64,000 bases of DNA. It comes from Candidatus Marinacidobacterales bacterium (GTDB lineage Bacteria; Acidobacteriota; Vicinamibacteria; Marinacidobacterales; SMYC01). Under the pieces are notes generated by a model, which was given only the letters and a program-made list of their open reading frames with translations, made no database searches and was not told the origin of the DNA. Within the stretch, counting starts at the first letter, position 1, and every line of letters starts with the position of its first letter. This document shows, in pieces, positions 32,583-43,091 of the stretch. The stretch lies in assembly GCA_965224085.1 (NCBI GenBank), contig CBDCYI010000005.1:672001-736000 (forward strand). The letters run 5' to 3'. Both the position numbers and the translations under genes were made by a program.

Positions 32583-32870
32583 ACTGCAGTAAGGGAGAAC
32601 GCGCGGTAGCGTCGAGCACGCGAAAGCGCGTGAGCGACATCGTTTTGTGCGTAGGTCGCGAGTAAGCCGAGCAGCCGATGAGCCTCGTCCTTGCCGTAGC
32701 GTCGCGTGCGCACGAGCTGTTCGAAAAATACGGGTCCATCAGGGCCGAGCTCGGCAAAGCGTGCGGCGAGAAGTTCTACCCGACGTTGCTCGTCACGGCT
32801 CGGCCTGTGCTCGGGCGTCGTGAGCTTTTGCTGCGCCCCGGGAGACGCCAACGTGTGACGAGCAAGCTCG
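32578..32870 (-). pseudogene. istA: IS21 IstA C-terminal fragment
   Basis: RYGKDEAHRLLGLLATY..ALSRARRYRAFSLTAVE. Confidence 0.6.
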
Positions 32871-33016
32871 GTGAGCTGGGGAGCGTAGACGATGAGCTCG
32901 GAGTCGGTGACCCGACGTCGAGCACTAACTCGCCATCGCGGTCCTCGATTCGGAATGTGGAAAGCGCGTTCGAGATGATCTTCTGGCGCGTTCCGCCATG
33001 AAGATCCTTCTCATCG

Positions 33017-33199
33017 ATGTTCGAGCGCATCCTTTCGGCGCAGGCTCAGCCCAAGTCCGTGATGGACTCGCTCCTAGCCGAAGCCCAGCCACATCTTCGC
33101 CTCCTTGTCGGTGACGAGCCCGTCCTACCGCGCTCCACCGCGGATTATCTTTCTCTGCTGAAGCCTCATGACGGACCCAATGACGAAGAGCCTTCGTGA
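33017..33199 (+). pseudogene. IS21 IstA extreme C-terminus on the opposite strand
   Basis: ERILSAQAQPK..PRSTADY reads as the continuation of the fragment at 32578-32870. Confidence 0.5.
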
Positions 33200-33665
33200 G
33201 AACAGAGAATCGATTCATCGATCCGCAATCCTCGCTCGAGAAGGTCCTGCAACATCGCGGTGCACACCTGAGAGTTCTCCGTCGAGCCCAGCCATATACC
33301 CAGGGGCACCTTCGTTCCATCTATTGTGATACCGAGAGTTACGACGACGGTCTGTCCGGCCACCTCAAGGCCATCCATCATCAGTGCCGCAAGCTCGTAC
33401 TCCTCTAGCCGTCAAGACAGGTATTGCTCGAGCTTCTTAGTCGTCTGGCTCACGAGGTGACGGCTGGCGGCACTCTTGCTCGTGTCACGAGACTTCAACT
33501 TGGCCGCGGGTTTGTCCAGACTCGATTCGTAATTTCGGGTCGATACCCCCACCAAAATCTGATTCAACACTCGCTCTGGAAGCGGGTCTTCTTCGCGGAA
33601 GGCTTTGAAGTGTGGGAGCGACGCCTCCTCGCCAGACTTCGAACGCACTTGAGGTCGCGACACTT
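33200..33665 (-). pseudogene. IS256 transposase internal fragment
   Basis: GVSTRNY, SKSAASR, LMMDG, GTKVPLGIWLGSTEN. Confidence 0.8.
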
Positions 33666-33717
33666 GGATTCGACGTGTCCACGGAGTTGAGAAAAGCCAG
33701 GAACTTGGGAGGTTTCA

Positions 33718-34007
33718 ATGAAAGACAATAGAATGATTGCCGAGTTGATATCGGAGTTTGTAGCACAGTTGGAGAAGCAGCTGCATGAGCTAAATTCACG
33801 AATTACTACTGTTCTTGCTGAGCCGGAGGCTTCTGAACCGGAGGTTGCTGAGCCAGAGGTTGCTGAGCCAGAGGTTGCTAGCCAGAGGCTTCTGAGTCAG
33901 AGGCTGCCGAACCGGAGGCTGCTGAGCCGGAGGCTTCTGAGCCGGAGACTTCTGAGCCAGAGGTAGACGATGGCGATTCGCAATCCCAGGAAGACCGCGC
34001 AAAGTAA
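33718..34007 (+). pseudogene. Small coiled-coil protein with acidic pentapeptide repeats, 1-nt frameshift
   Basis: GGAGG RBS; restoring one G in repeat unit 5 gives an open frame to TAA 34005-34007. Confidence 0.55.
33817..33965 (+). repeat. 10 x 15-bp tandem repeat (KCTGAGCCRGAGGYT) encoding (A/S)EPE(V/A)
   Basis: Units counted directly; unit 5 is 14 bp. Confidence 0.95.
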
Positions 34008-34054
34008 TGGACGGCAATAGAACTGAGACAGGGGATAGGCGTTAGTGCATGAAA

Positions 34055-34115
34055 CCTGTGATCCGCAAAAAAGAAGATCGCGTACCGCCTGGATCGACTT
34101 TTTGCGGAGCACAGG
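34055..34115. mobile_element. 61-bp MITE-like element
   Basis: 17-bp TIR CCTGTGATCCGCAAAAA / TTTTTGCGGAGCACAGG with 1 mismatch; related end at 18480-18505. Confidence 0.7.
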
Positions 34116-34279
34116 AGGTGCCAACGGGCGAGGGAGATGTTGGCGAACGGGTTGCTATCTTGTGGTCCTTTCCTTCATGGCGGTGTCTCCTTCCGTAGGT
34201 CCCTTCAGGCCGTGTTTCGACGACGCGGAAGGTTATACTTCCACCTTTACTCTATTTCCACACCTTCTGAGGTAGCTCT

Positions 34280-35650
34280 ATGGACATCGTCCTTGCCTTT
34301 AGCGCGTTGTGCATCTTGCTGGTGGTCGGCAAGATCCTGCGAGTCGAGATCCGCCTGTTCCAGAAGCTTTACCTGCCAGCATCGGTGATCGGGGGTCTGC
34401 TCGGGCTGATCCTCGTCCAGACGATCGGCGGCTTCCTACCCGAAGCGACGACGGCGGGCTGGACTCGGCTGCCAGGATTCCTCATCAACATCGTCTTTGC
34501 GGCCCTCTTCCTGGGAGTCTTCATTCCACCGATCAGACGCATCTGGGGGCTCGCCGGGCCGCAGTTGGCGTACGGTCAAATCGTGGCCTGGGGCCAGTAC
34601 GTCGTCGGCCTTGGGGTGGCGGTCGTGCTTCTAACACCGGTTTTTGACATCCCGGGGGCCATCGGCACCATCATTCCGGTCGGCTTCGAGGGTGGGCACG
34701 GCACGGCCGCTGGTCTGGAGCTGGTCTTCGATGCCTATGCCTGGCCCGAGGGCAGGGACCTAGCCCTCACGTCGGCGACCTGCGGCGTCCTGTTTGCCAT
34801 CATCGTCGGGATGGCGCTCGTCAACTGGGCGGCGCGCCGGGGCTACACCCAGCAACTGAAGCGCATTGAGGACATGCCCGAGAGCAGTATCGTAGGCGTC
34901 TACGACCCAGCCGAACGGCCGAGCGCCGGGAGCCAGACCGTGTCGGCGGCGTCAATCGACAGCCTCAGCTTCCATCTCGCCATCATCGGTCTCGGTGTCT
35001 TCATTGGCTATCTGATCCACAGCGGCTTGGTGCGCGTTGAGCTCCTGGTGCGGTCTCCAAGCGCCGACGGTCGCGCCTTTTTCGACAGTTTCCCGCTCTT
35101 TCCGCTGTGCATGATCGGTGGTCTGGTGGTGCAGGTCTTTTTCGCCAACTTCACCAAGCGCAATCCGCTCGACCATCGTCTCATGCAGCGCCTCTCGGGC
35201 ACCGCCATGGATTTCCTGGTGGTGGCTGCGATCTCGACCATCAATGTGGAGGTGGTGCTGGGGGGGCTCGTGCCCTTGGCGATCCTGGTTGCCGCCGGGG
35301 TGCTGTGGAACGTCTTCTGCGTGGTGTGGCTGGCGCGTCGCCTCTTGCCAGCGGATTCGTGGTTCGAGCGCTCGATCGCCGAGATGGGGCAATCGATGGG
35401 CGTCACCGCCACCGGCCTCTTGCTGTTGCGCGTTGTCGATCCCGAGGGCGACACGGACGCCACCTCGGCCTTCGGTTACAAGCAGCTCATGCACGAGCCG
35501 TTCATGGGCGGCGGGCTGTGGACCAGCGCCGCCATTCCGCTGGCGCTCGCCTACAATCCGGTGTTGGTTCTAGGCATCAGCGCCGGGGCGGTAGCGCTCT
35601 GGTTGCTGGTGTGGGCGCTGTTGTTTCGCGGTCGGCTCGGCCTCGGCTGA
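34280..35650 (+). CDS. gltS: Sodium:glutamate symporter (GltS/ESS family)
   Basis: LPASVIGG, GFEGGHGTAA, GVTATGLLLLRVVDP; multi-pass membrane protein. Confidence 0.85.
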   Translation: MDIVLAFSALCILLVVGKILRVEIRLFQKLYLPASVIGGLLGLILVQTIGGFLPEATTAGWTRLPGFLINIVFAALFLGVFIPPIRRIWGLAGPQLAYGQIVAWGQYVVGLGVAVVLLTPVFDIPGAIGTIIPVGFEGGHGTAAGLELVFDAYAWPEGRDLALTSATCGVLFAIIVGMALVNWAARRGYTQQLKRIEDMPESSIVGVYDPAERPSAGSQTVSAASIDSLSFHLAIIGLGVFIGYLIHSGLVRVELLVRSPSADGRAFFDSFPLFPLCMIGGLVVQVFFANFTKRNPLDHRLMQRLSGTAMDFLVVAAISTINVEVVLGGLVPLAILVAAGVLWNVFCVVWLARRLLPADSWFERSIAEMGQSMGVTATGLLLLRVVDPEGDTDATSAFGYKQLMHEPFMGGGLWTSAAIPLALAYNPVLVLGISAGAVALWLLVWALLFRGRLGLG

Positions 35651-35686
35651 ATCGGCACCGGCGGGCGTGGGGTAGGTGCCTGATGG

Positions 35687-35918
35687 GGTGCTTCCGCCAT
35701 TAAGTGTTGGTGAGATGACGCTAAGATTTTACGGTGCATTAGCCCTAATCGAACAATAATTCATGACGCTAGCGCGAGTTCGATTCTTTCAAAGAGTGTC
35801 TGAGTGGAGGAGTTTGTGGCCATTCGGAGCGCGTTTCGACCACTAACGCGAACGAGGCGGCCGGCTTTGTTGATGATGCGGAAGCGGATGGTGCAGATGG
35901 TGTTCAGCAGATGGGTGC
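35687..35918 (-). mobile_element. IS1380-like transposase C-terminus and terminal repeat
   Basis: Frame TIRFRIINKAGRLVRVSGRNALRM; 26-bp end GGTGCTTCCGC..AAGTGTTGGTG also at 31055-31080. Confidence 0.55.
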
Positions 35919-35925
35919 ATGTACG

Positions 35926-36585
35926 AGAAAAGGAGAACCATACATCATGGGAAAGGTACTACCGAGTCAGCGATTGCTCAAGCAGTTCGAGGAACAACTG
36001 GTATTTGGGGAGATGAATTTCTCGGAGATCGTCCGGTCGGGAGCTCAGATGATGCTTCAATATGCGTTGGAGCGCGCGGTGACGGAGGCGTTGGGTCGAA
36101 ACTACTATGAGAACGCTCCGGCAACGACGAAGGAGAAGGGACGACGCAACGGGTATGAGTCGCATCGGGTCCTCACGGGCGAGGGAGCGGTAACGGTGCA
36201 AGTGCCGCGGGTACGAGAAACAGAGAAGGTGTTTCAGTCAAAGATTCTCGACGCCTACGTGAGCCGGACCGAGAAACTCGATGAACTGATCGCGCGGATG
36301 TACGTCCACGGGATGTCGACGCGTGACATTGAGGCGACGTTCGCGGACGTGCTGAGCGGCACGGGTGTCTCGAAGTCGGTGGTGAGCCGGGTCACACGGT
36401 GTCTGTCGGAGGATTTCGAGGCGTTTCGAAAACGGGATCTCTCGAACGAGAAGCTGTTGTATCTCGAGCTCGACGGCACGTACCTGCGCTACCACCAAGG
36501 AGCGGAGAGGAAAGAGCCCATCCTCGTTGCTACCGGCTATCGCGCTGATGGGACGCGAGATCTTCTTCATATCGGTGTCGGCAAC
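35926..36585 (+). pseudogene. IS256 transposase 5' half
   Basis: MYVHGMSTRDI, VSKSVVSR, YLELDG. Confidence 0.9.
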
Positions 36586-37289
36586 AGACCGGGGACCGGC
36601 TGACGCCGAGCCACACCAAAAAGAAAAACGGGCAACGGCTCCGCTACTACGTCTCCCGGCGCCTCATCCAGCACAGTGGCCAAAAGGAGACCTCTCCGGC
36701 TGGCGCCTGCCCGCCCCGATGCTGGAACAGACCGTCGTGCATCTCATCCGACAGCATGTGGATGCCACGACCTTCTCGGCCTCGCTGACCCATACTCCGA
36801 CGATGCAAGAGCTCGCCTCGGTGCGTCGCTTTTTAGACGGGCTGTGTTCCGGCAGTAACAATGATAGTGCCTCGGTAGCCCCCCTGCTCCGTCTTATCCG
36901 GCGGGTCGATATCAGCCCCGGCTCTGTGTCCATCCTGCTCGACCGCAATGCGTTCGCTGCTTGCCTGTCTATGGGGCCCCCGACCGCATTCGCGAGGATG
37001 CACTCCGCATCCACGCACCGTTCCGCTTGCGTCGACGCGGCGTCGAGACCAAGCTCGTTCTGGGCAACCCCACGAAATCCGTCGACCGCACACTCCTGCG
37101 CAATATCAGAAACGCCCTCTCCTGGCTCGACCGAATCAAAGCAGGCAAAACCTATGAGCAGATTGCCACCGAAAACGCCATCCCAACGGACCGCGTGCGC
37201 AAGGCAATCCGCTATGCCTTCCTGGCCCCCGACATTGTCCGCGCCATTGTCGAAGGTCGCCAGCCCGTTGGGCTGACCTCGAGCTACCT
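36586..37289 (+). pseudogene. Frameshifted duplicate of serine recombinase 3' part (44390-45089)
   Basis: Near-identical DNA with small indels. Confidence 0.92.
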
Positions 37290-37461
37290 GTGCCTTCTAT
37301 TTATTCAGACGCGCGCCCCGAACTTGATTAGTTTCCAGTCTACCGGCACCCAATGCCTGCACGATTTAGTCATTTGTTCGCGCTCTCATCCCTGCTTTCA
37401 AGACTCGTCGCGAGCACCCGGCCGTCTCGCGCTTCTTAGGCCGTCCTGTGCCAAAACTCGG

Positions 37462-38064
37462 AGCTGGTAGTCATCAAGATGGACGCCGACATTGGCGAGG
37501 ATATCGTCCGTAGCAAAATGCGGACGCTTGGCATTTCCCGTAATCGATTCGACGAGCTCTGTAAAAAGCGAAGAGCAGCACGATTTGTGGCGAATAGCGC
37601 GCACCTTCCCGCTGATAGAAAAGAAACTCTTGATCGGTGCTGTATCCGGCAGTGCCTCCGTTGATCACTTCCACCGGACATGTGCCTTACCGGTTCAGCG
37701 TAGTTTCTAGCACCTGGGTCACCGTTCGCTCGATCGGCACCGTATAGGCTTCGAGGAACGAATCACCGAGCGCCAGAATCCGCGTAGTGCCGGCAGGCAC
37801 TGCATACCCCCGGTTCGGATCGCGCAACCCGAGCGAATTGATCGCCACCTCGACTGTGTATTCACGACGCCGATAGGTGACGCGGGTGTTGGGTGTGTGC
37901 CTCCAGCCGAGCACCGGATCGAATTCGTGGTATCGCGTGACCTCCGCGGCTTCCTTCCCCGCCCCTCGAAACATGCGCTCCACCCGCGCCACGCCTTCCA
38001 TTGCGAGCAGGGTGATGGCGACCGACGCGACAGCGAGCAACAGCTTGAAGAACAGCGATTTCAT
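37462..38064 (-). pseudogene. SGNH/GDSL hydrolase-family membrane-anchored protein, frameshifted and truncated
   Basis: INSLGLRD, ILALGDSF, EVINGGTAGYST. Confidence 0.8.
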
Positions 38065-38402
38065 GAATTCCGGTCTCTCGAGCTTCAGCGGATTATAGAT
38101 GAGCCCGGCGAGTTGTGCTTGGCCTGACTTGCCGTTTGCCGGTCCGCTGCCGCCCGGCCCCCGGTTCAGCACCCGGCTCCCCTATTTGGCGCAAATGTGT
38201 CCCTCGGAAATCGAGATTAGAGACCAAATCCGAAAATGAGGCCCGTTCCGCCCTTCTAGCGCGTCTCTGGTGCCACCTAATCCTGGAAAACCCCGCCAAC
38301 CGCGCGGAAAATCTCACCCGTCTCTGCAGGGCCACAATCGGCCAGACTGGGTGGCGGATGGGGCAGTTTGGAGCTATCCGGTCTCGGCTGAAAACCATCA
38401 AT

Positions 38403-38584
38403 AACAGGGAATTAACAGGGAATTTGGGCCATTTTTTGCCGATTCGGCCGTTTTTCACGTGATAACTCTCTATATTTCAAATGGTTAGATGGCAATTCCC
38501 TGTTCCGAAAGAACAGGGAATTTGAAATAGGCGAACAGCGAATTGCTCTGGGAAAACAGGGAATTGAGATGAGCGAACAGGGAA
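38403..38584 (+). repeat. AACAGGGAA repeat cluster, four copies phased at 21-22 bp plus an inverted copy
   Basis: Copies at 38403, 38414, 38512, 38534 (AACAGCGAA), 38555, 38576; inverted copy 38496-38504. Confidence 0.9.
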
Positions 38585-38739
38585 ATATCACGAGCAGCAC
38601 GTGAGGGGTTCAATTCAAAAGAGTTCCATCTCCGACCTGGGGCAAGAATGTCCGGGTCGTCGTTCCGAACGCTGTTCACTCCGGTGCTAACGGCACGTTT
38701 CTCGTATGAGCCGCCATAGGGTTCACGCGTGTGTCTGCC

Positions 38740-39055
38740 CGCTGCCGACGTGACTGATACAATGGGGCTTCGGGGCAAGCGTCTCAGGCTTTCTGACGAC
38801 GATTGGCGCAGGCTCGCCGTCAAGGCCCAGGCTTTGGGGCCGCGAGGCGCTGGCCCCGATTGCGTCCGTTGCCACATCCGCTACGCTTCTGCGCTGGTAC
38901 CGCTACCTCATCGCAGCCCCAAGTACGATGGCAGCAAGAACCGGAGCCCAGGCCGACCTCCGACGGCGAAGGACATCCGTGAGCTCATTGTACGCGTGGC
39001 GCAGGCGAACCCGACATGGGAATATACGCGCCTGCGGGGCGCACTCAAGAACCTC
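38740..39055 (+). pseudogene. rve integrase-element N-terminal fragment
   Basis: GKRLRLSDDDWRRLAVKA, KYDGS..PGRP, NPTWEYTRLRGALKNL; frameshifted. Confidence 0.75.
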
Positions 39056-39120
39056 AAACACAGACACTAAGCTGCTGATTTATAGTCTATTTCAAAAGGG
39101 CCGAGTTTTGGCACAGGACG

Positions 39121-40084
39121 CCGTGGCCCGTTGGCATCGCGACCGATTCCGACGGTACTGGGCAAAGATCTCGCAGCGCCGCCACCCCGGTCGACCTCGG
39201 ATTGATGCCGAGATTCGTCGCCTCGTCCGCACGATGGCGCAAGACGGCTGGGGGGCGCCACGCATCCATGCTGAGCTCACCAAGCTCGGTTTCATCATCT
39301 CCGAGAGCACGGTGTCGCGATACCTGCCGCGGCGTCCCGCGGAGCCCGACCAGCTGAAGCGATGGATGGCTTTCTTGCGCAACCATAAAGACGATATCGT
39401 CGCCATGGATCTGTTCACCGTGCCCACCGCATCGCTCCGGCTGCTGTACGGCTTCTTCGTCATCGAGCACGGCCGTCGGCACATCGTTCACTTCAACGCC
39501 ACGTTCCACCCGACGTCTGCTTGGGTTATTCAGCAACTGCGTGAGGCGTTTCCCTACGACACCGCTCCGAAATATCTCATCTTAGATCGCGACTTTATCT
39601 TTAGCGCTACGGTCATCGAGTTCATCAAGGCAACGGGCACAAAACCCGTTCGCACTTCGTTTCGCAGCCCATGGCAAAACGGAACCGCGGAGCGGTGGGT
39701 CGGCAGTTGCCGTCGCGAGCTCCTTGAGCACGTCGTGGTTCTCAGCGCATGTCATCTCATCCGGCTCGTGCGAGCTTACATCAGCTACTATCATGAGGAC
39801 CGTTGCCACTTGGGGCTGAACAAGGACACACCGAGCTTGAGAGCGGTCACGCACCGACCGTCTCCTACGGCGAAAGTCGTCGTACTGCCGCGAGTCGGTG
39901 GACTGCACCACCGATACGAGTGGCGAGAGGCAGCCTGAGTCAGCTTGGTCGCTCGCGTTACTCGGCTGGTCGCCGAGAAGTTCGTCCTCAGCACCTTCCC
40001 TCGCGCGCTGACCACGCTCTCCAGCATGGGTTTGAGGGCGGTCCGGGCCTAGATCCAGTCCCGGACTAATAATGATGATGGACA
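39121..40084 (+). mobile_element. rve integrase-core transposase (5' truncated) with right end
   Basis: WGAPRIHAEL, AMDLFTV, LILDRD, SPWQNGTAER, GGLHHRY; end ..ATAATGATGATGGACA. Confidence 0.85.
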
Positions 40085-40109
40085 GACGGAAGAAACCTAT
40101 CGCTCCGCT

Positions 40110-40690
40110 CAACGCGTTGCAGAACAGTTGGAAGAGTCGGGCTTGACCGAGCCTGTGAAGCGAGCGAGTACGGAGAGGATCGCCGCGGATTTTGCGCACT
40201 TTCTCGTCCTCACCAAGAAAGTCATCAACCAAACCCAACGCCGAGTGATCGACGAAGAGCGTGTGCCTGCAGAGGAAAAGGTCGTTTCTGTCTTCGAAGA
40301 ACACACCGACATTATTCGCAAAGACCGGCGCGAGACCCTCTACGGTCACAAGGTGTGTCTGACTGGTGGTTCGTCCTCGATGATTTTGGATTGCGTGATC
40401 TTGGATGGGAATCCGGCCGATTCAACTCTCGCGGAAACCATGATCGACCGTCAAGTCGAACTCTACGAGCGGGCCCCGCGCCAGGTCGCCTACGATGGCG
40501 CGTTTTCTTCAAAGGCAAACTTGGAAGCCATCAAAGGCAAGGGAGTTGAAGATGTTGCCTTTACCAAGGCTCAAGGTTTCGCCGTGACCGATATGGTCAA
40601 GAGTTCCTGGGTCTATCAACGCCTGCGGCGATTTCGCTGCGGGATCGAAGGCGTCATTTCGTTCTTGAAACGAGTCTTTGGTCTCGACCG
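40110..40690 (+). pseudogene. ISNCY-type transposase C-terminal fragment
   Basis: EKVVSVFEEHTDIIRK, YGHKV, GNPADS, FRCGIEGVIS. Confidence 0.8.
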
Positions 40691-40694
40691 ATCG

Positions 40695-40933
40695 TCACGC
40701 CCCGACCATCACCGACCGCAAAAGTCGTCGCGTTGCCGCGAGTGGGTGGGCTCCACCACCGCTACGAATGGCGCGACGCCGCCTGAGCCAGTTTAGTCGC
40801 TCGCGTTACTCGGCTGGTCGCCGAGAAGTTCGTCCTCAGCAGCTTCCCTCGCACGCTGACCACGCTCTCCAGCATGTGCTCGAGGGAGGTCCGGGCATGG
40901 AGTCCAGTCCCGGATTAATAATGATGATGGACA
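40695..40933 (+). mobile_element. Second, diverged copy of the integrase element 3' end
   Basis: Similar to 39845-40084. Confidence 0.8.
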
Positions 40934-41034
40934 ACCGACTCGACCCTCAAAACGTCCTACATGAAGACGACCAAAGCATCCTGGTTGCAGGCAGTTCGCC
41001 GATCTCCTGCAACTCGAGTTTATGGAAAGGACAC

Positions 41035-42075
41035 CTATGATGGAGTACCTACTCCCAGACAGCAACGGTGGAACTCCCCCAAGTTGACTGGCTCAACCGG
41101 ATCAGCCAGGCTCAAGTCCGAGCGAAATCGCAGTTGTGACACCCCTGGGGGACAGTCCCCCGACGGACGCGGAATGTCCGCTACCTGGTAGAACGCGAGC
41201 GACTCGACGGCAACGTTCCAATCACCGGAAAATGTTCGACCCGCGCCAAGATCCTGACCGAGGGACTGGGCGCAAACCCGTTCAACCTTTAGGCGGGCCT
41301 CTGCGCTTGGAGCTGCATCGACCACTCTGTCCCATAGGTATCCAAGGGATTTTCCATTCGTCTGTTCCTCGACATGTACCGAGGCAATGAGAACGGATGC
41401 CCTGCTGGGCGGATACACTTGTTCGAAACTGAACATGTGCTCACGTGACCGCATGGACGACGACTTGACCTCAAGTCGCTCGCTTCCTAGACTGAAGTCG
41501 AAGTGCTCCATTGACTGGCTGTGCCACGCGCCGATCATTGCACCAAACATTGACTGGCTGTGCCACGCGCCGATCATTGTAGCCGGATCGCTCGTGGAAA
41601 GGATAACGAAAAGCTCTGCCCACAGCCCATGAATAGTCCGTTCCCGTGGTTTTCCAACAAGCCTGAAAAGCACAACTAGTCGATCAACAAGGTCAACCAA
41701 ATCCTTCGCTTTTACGTGCCCGTCCAATCCCACCAACACACCGCCAATTGTGCGCAGAAAGCACGCCTGCACGGCCGAATCGCTACTAAGACACTGGATA
41801 ATCGAGTACCTTGCGATCTCTACGCCACCGCCTTGTCGAGAAACACTGCAGCGCACGTTGTGCTCCACTCGCAAGTTTGCCAAATCTACCCCCAGCGGTT
41901 TGTCGCGCCCCACCGGCGCATCCACGGCAACAAGTACGGCGGGCAGCCCGCTCTCGCTTTTCGCAATTCGCCATTGATCTCGACCTGGAACCGGTCGCGC
42001 GTCGAACGTGTCCTCACAAGCTGAATCGGCCTGCGGCGCGTTTAGCTGCTCGAAGATCGCTGGCAAGTCCTCCAT
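41035..42075 (-). CDS. PD-(D/E)XK motif protein (DUF4420/MzaD-like)
   Basis: GLWAEL, FDF..RLEVKSS..REHMFS motifs; follows a Z1 gene; contains a 13-aa duplication insert. Confidence 0.8.
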   Translation of the reverse strand: MEDLPAIFEQLNAPQADSACEDTFDARPVPGRDQWRIAKSESGLPAVLVAVDAPVGRDKPLGVDLANLRVEHNVRCSVSRQGGGVEIARYSIIQCLSSDSAVQACFLRTIGGVLVGLDGHVKAKDLVDLVDRLVVLFRLVGKPRERTIHGLWAELFVILSTSDPATMIGAWHSQSMFGAMIGAWHSQSMEHFDFSLGSERLEVKSSSMRSREHMFSFEQVYPPSRASVLIASVHVEEQTNGKSLGYLWDRVVDAAPSAEARLKVERVCAQSLGQDLGAGRTFSGDWNVAVESLAFYQVADIPRPSGDCPPGVSQLRFRSDLSLADPVEPVNLGEFHRCCLGVGTPS

Positions 42076-42090
42076 GGCATAGAACTCCGG

Positions 42091-43080
42091 TCAGTCCGTG
42101 TCTTGCGGCTGCACAATTAAATCCTGCCGCACTTGCGGCGCCATCCATATAGTTGCGAACTTCACCTCCTCGGCGACGATTGGGCTGCCTGCCTCGCGGC
42201 CCGCGCGAAGCGTGACCGTGTGAAGTTGCACTGTCACCGCTGCGTCTCGCAACTCGCGATCTCCGGGATACACATCCCGTGTATCCACAGGGTAGGCCCC
42301 CTGAAACAAGTTCACGATCCGACCGTCCCGCACTAGCCGCCGCGTCGCTGCGCCCGGACGCATTCGGTATACCGTACAGCACGCCCCATCTTGGTTCTCC
42401 GCAACATAGCGGTCAATCAGAATAAGCGCCAACGTCCAAGTCTCGCCATCCTCTACGTTAACCTTGAGATGGGTAAGGAGTTCGTCGTATACCACACTGA
42501 GCGGAACTCCGCGCGCGACCAAATGCCTCTGGTGGTCCTGCCGATCAGCGTGGCCCTCGTCGGGCACAAACCTGGCTTCATGGCGTTTCACAAAGGCCTC
42601 GACAATACCTCGGTTCGCTGCGACATCCGCGTCATGCGGCTCACGTGGCATGCACCAGCCAGAGCCAAAAGTTGTTCGCATATAGTCGATATCAATAACG
42701 GACTGCCGTGTTGGTCGGAACGCTTGGTCGAGCAAGAACACGCGCCTGAATTCCGACAGTGGCCGTCTGCTGCCGATGTGGGCTATCAACCGCGCGCGCA
42801 TGTCCTCCTCGTGACGCACATAGCTCCTGTATAGGTGCACAACGCCCGGTTCAAGAAAAACCCGGCAATACCCCAGATACGGTCGCTTGTATCCCAAGAA
42901 TCTCGCGCGCTGCTGGATCGTGTCCGCGTTTCCCACGCCCGGGCCGCGCGGCATGTACGTCACTGTCAGTCCTTCAATGGTAAAACCGCGGTCGAGAACT
43001 TGCCCACCGACCAAGATCCATGAGTAGTTTCGCCTCCAGTGAATGTTGCGGTCCGCGTCCGCAAGCGAGTTCACCAGCCC
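42091..43080 (-). pseudogene. Z1-domain protein, C-terminal half only
   Basis: ILVGGQVLDRGFTIEGLTVTYMPR, ADTIQQRARFLGYK. Confidence 0.85.
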
Positions 43081-43091
43081 GAAACGTCGGT

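Noticed and set aside
38352-38385. tRNA gene
   Set aside because: Only a CCA-ending 3'-like stretch; no TTCGA T-loop or cloverleaf
38403-38584. Mini-CRISPR or guide-RNA array
   Set aside because: Repeats are 9 bp with 12-13 bp gaps; the phasing fits protein-binding sites better
41509-41579. CRISPR repeat-spacer-repeat
   Set aside because: The spacer is 7 bp and the unit lies in frame inside a CDS; it is a local duplication
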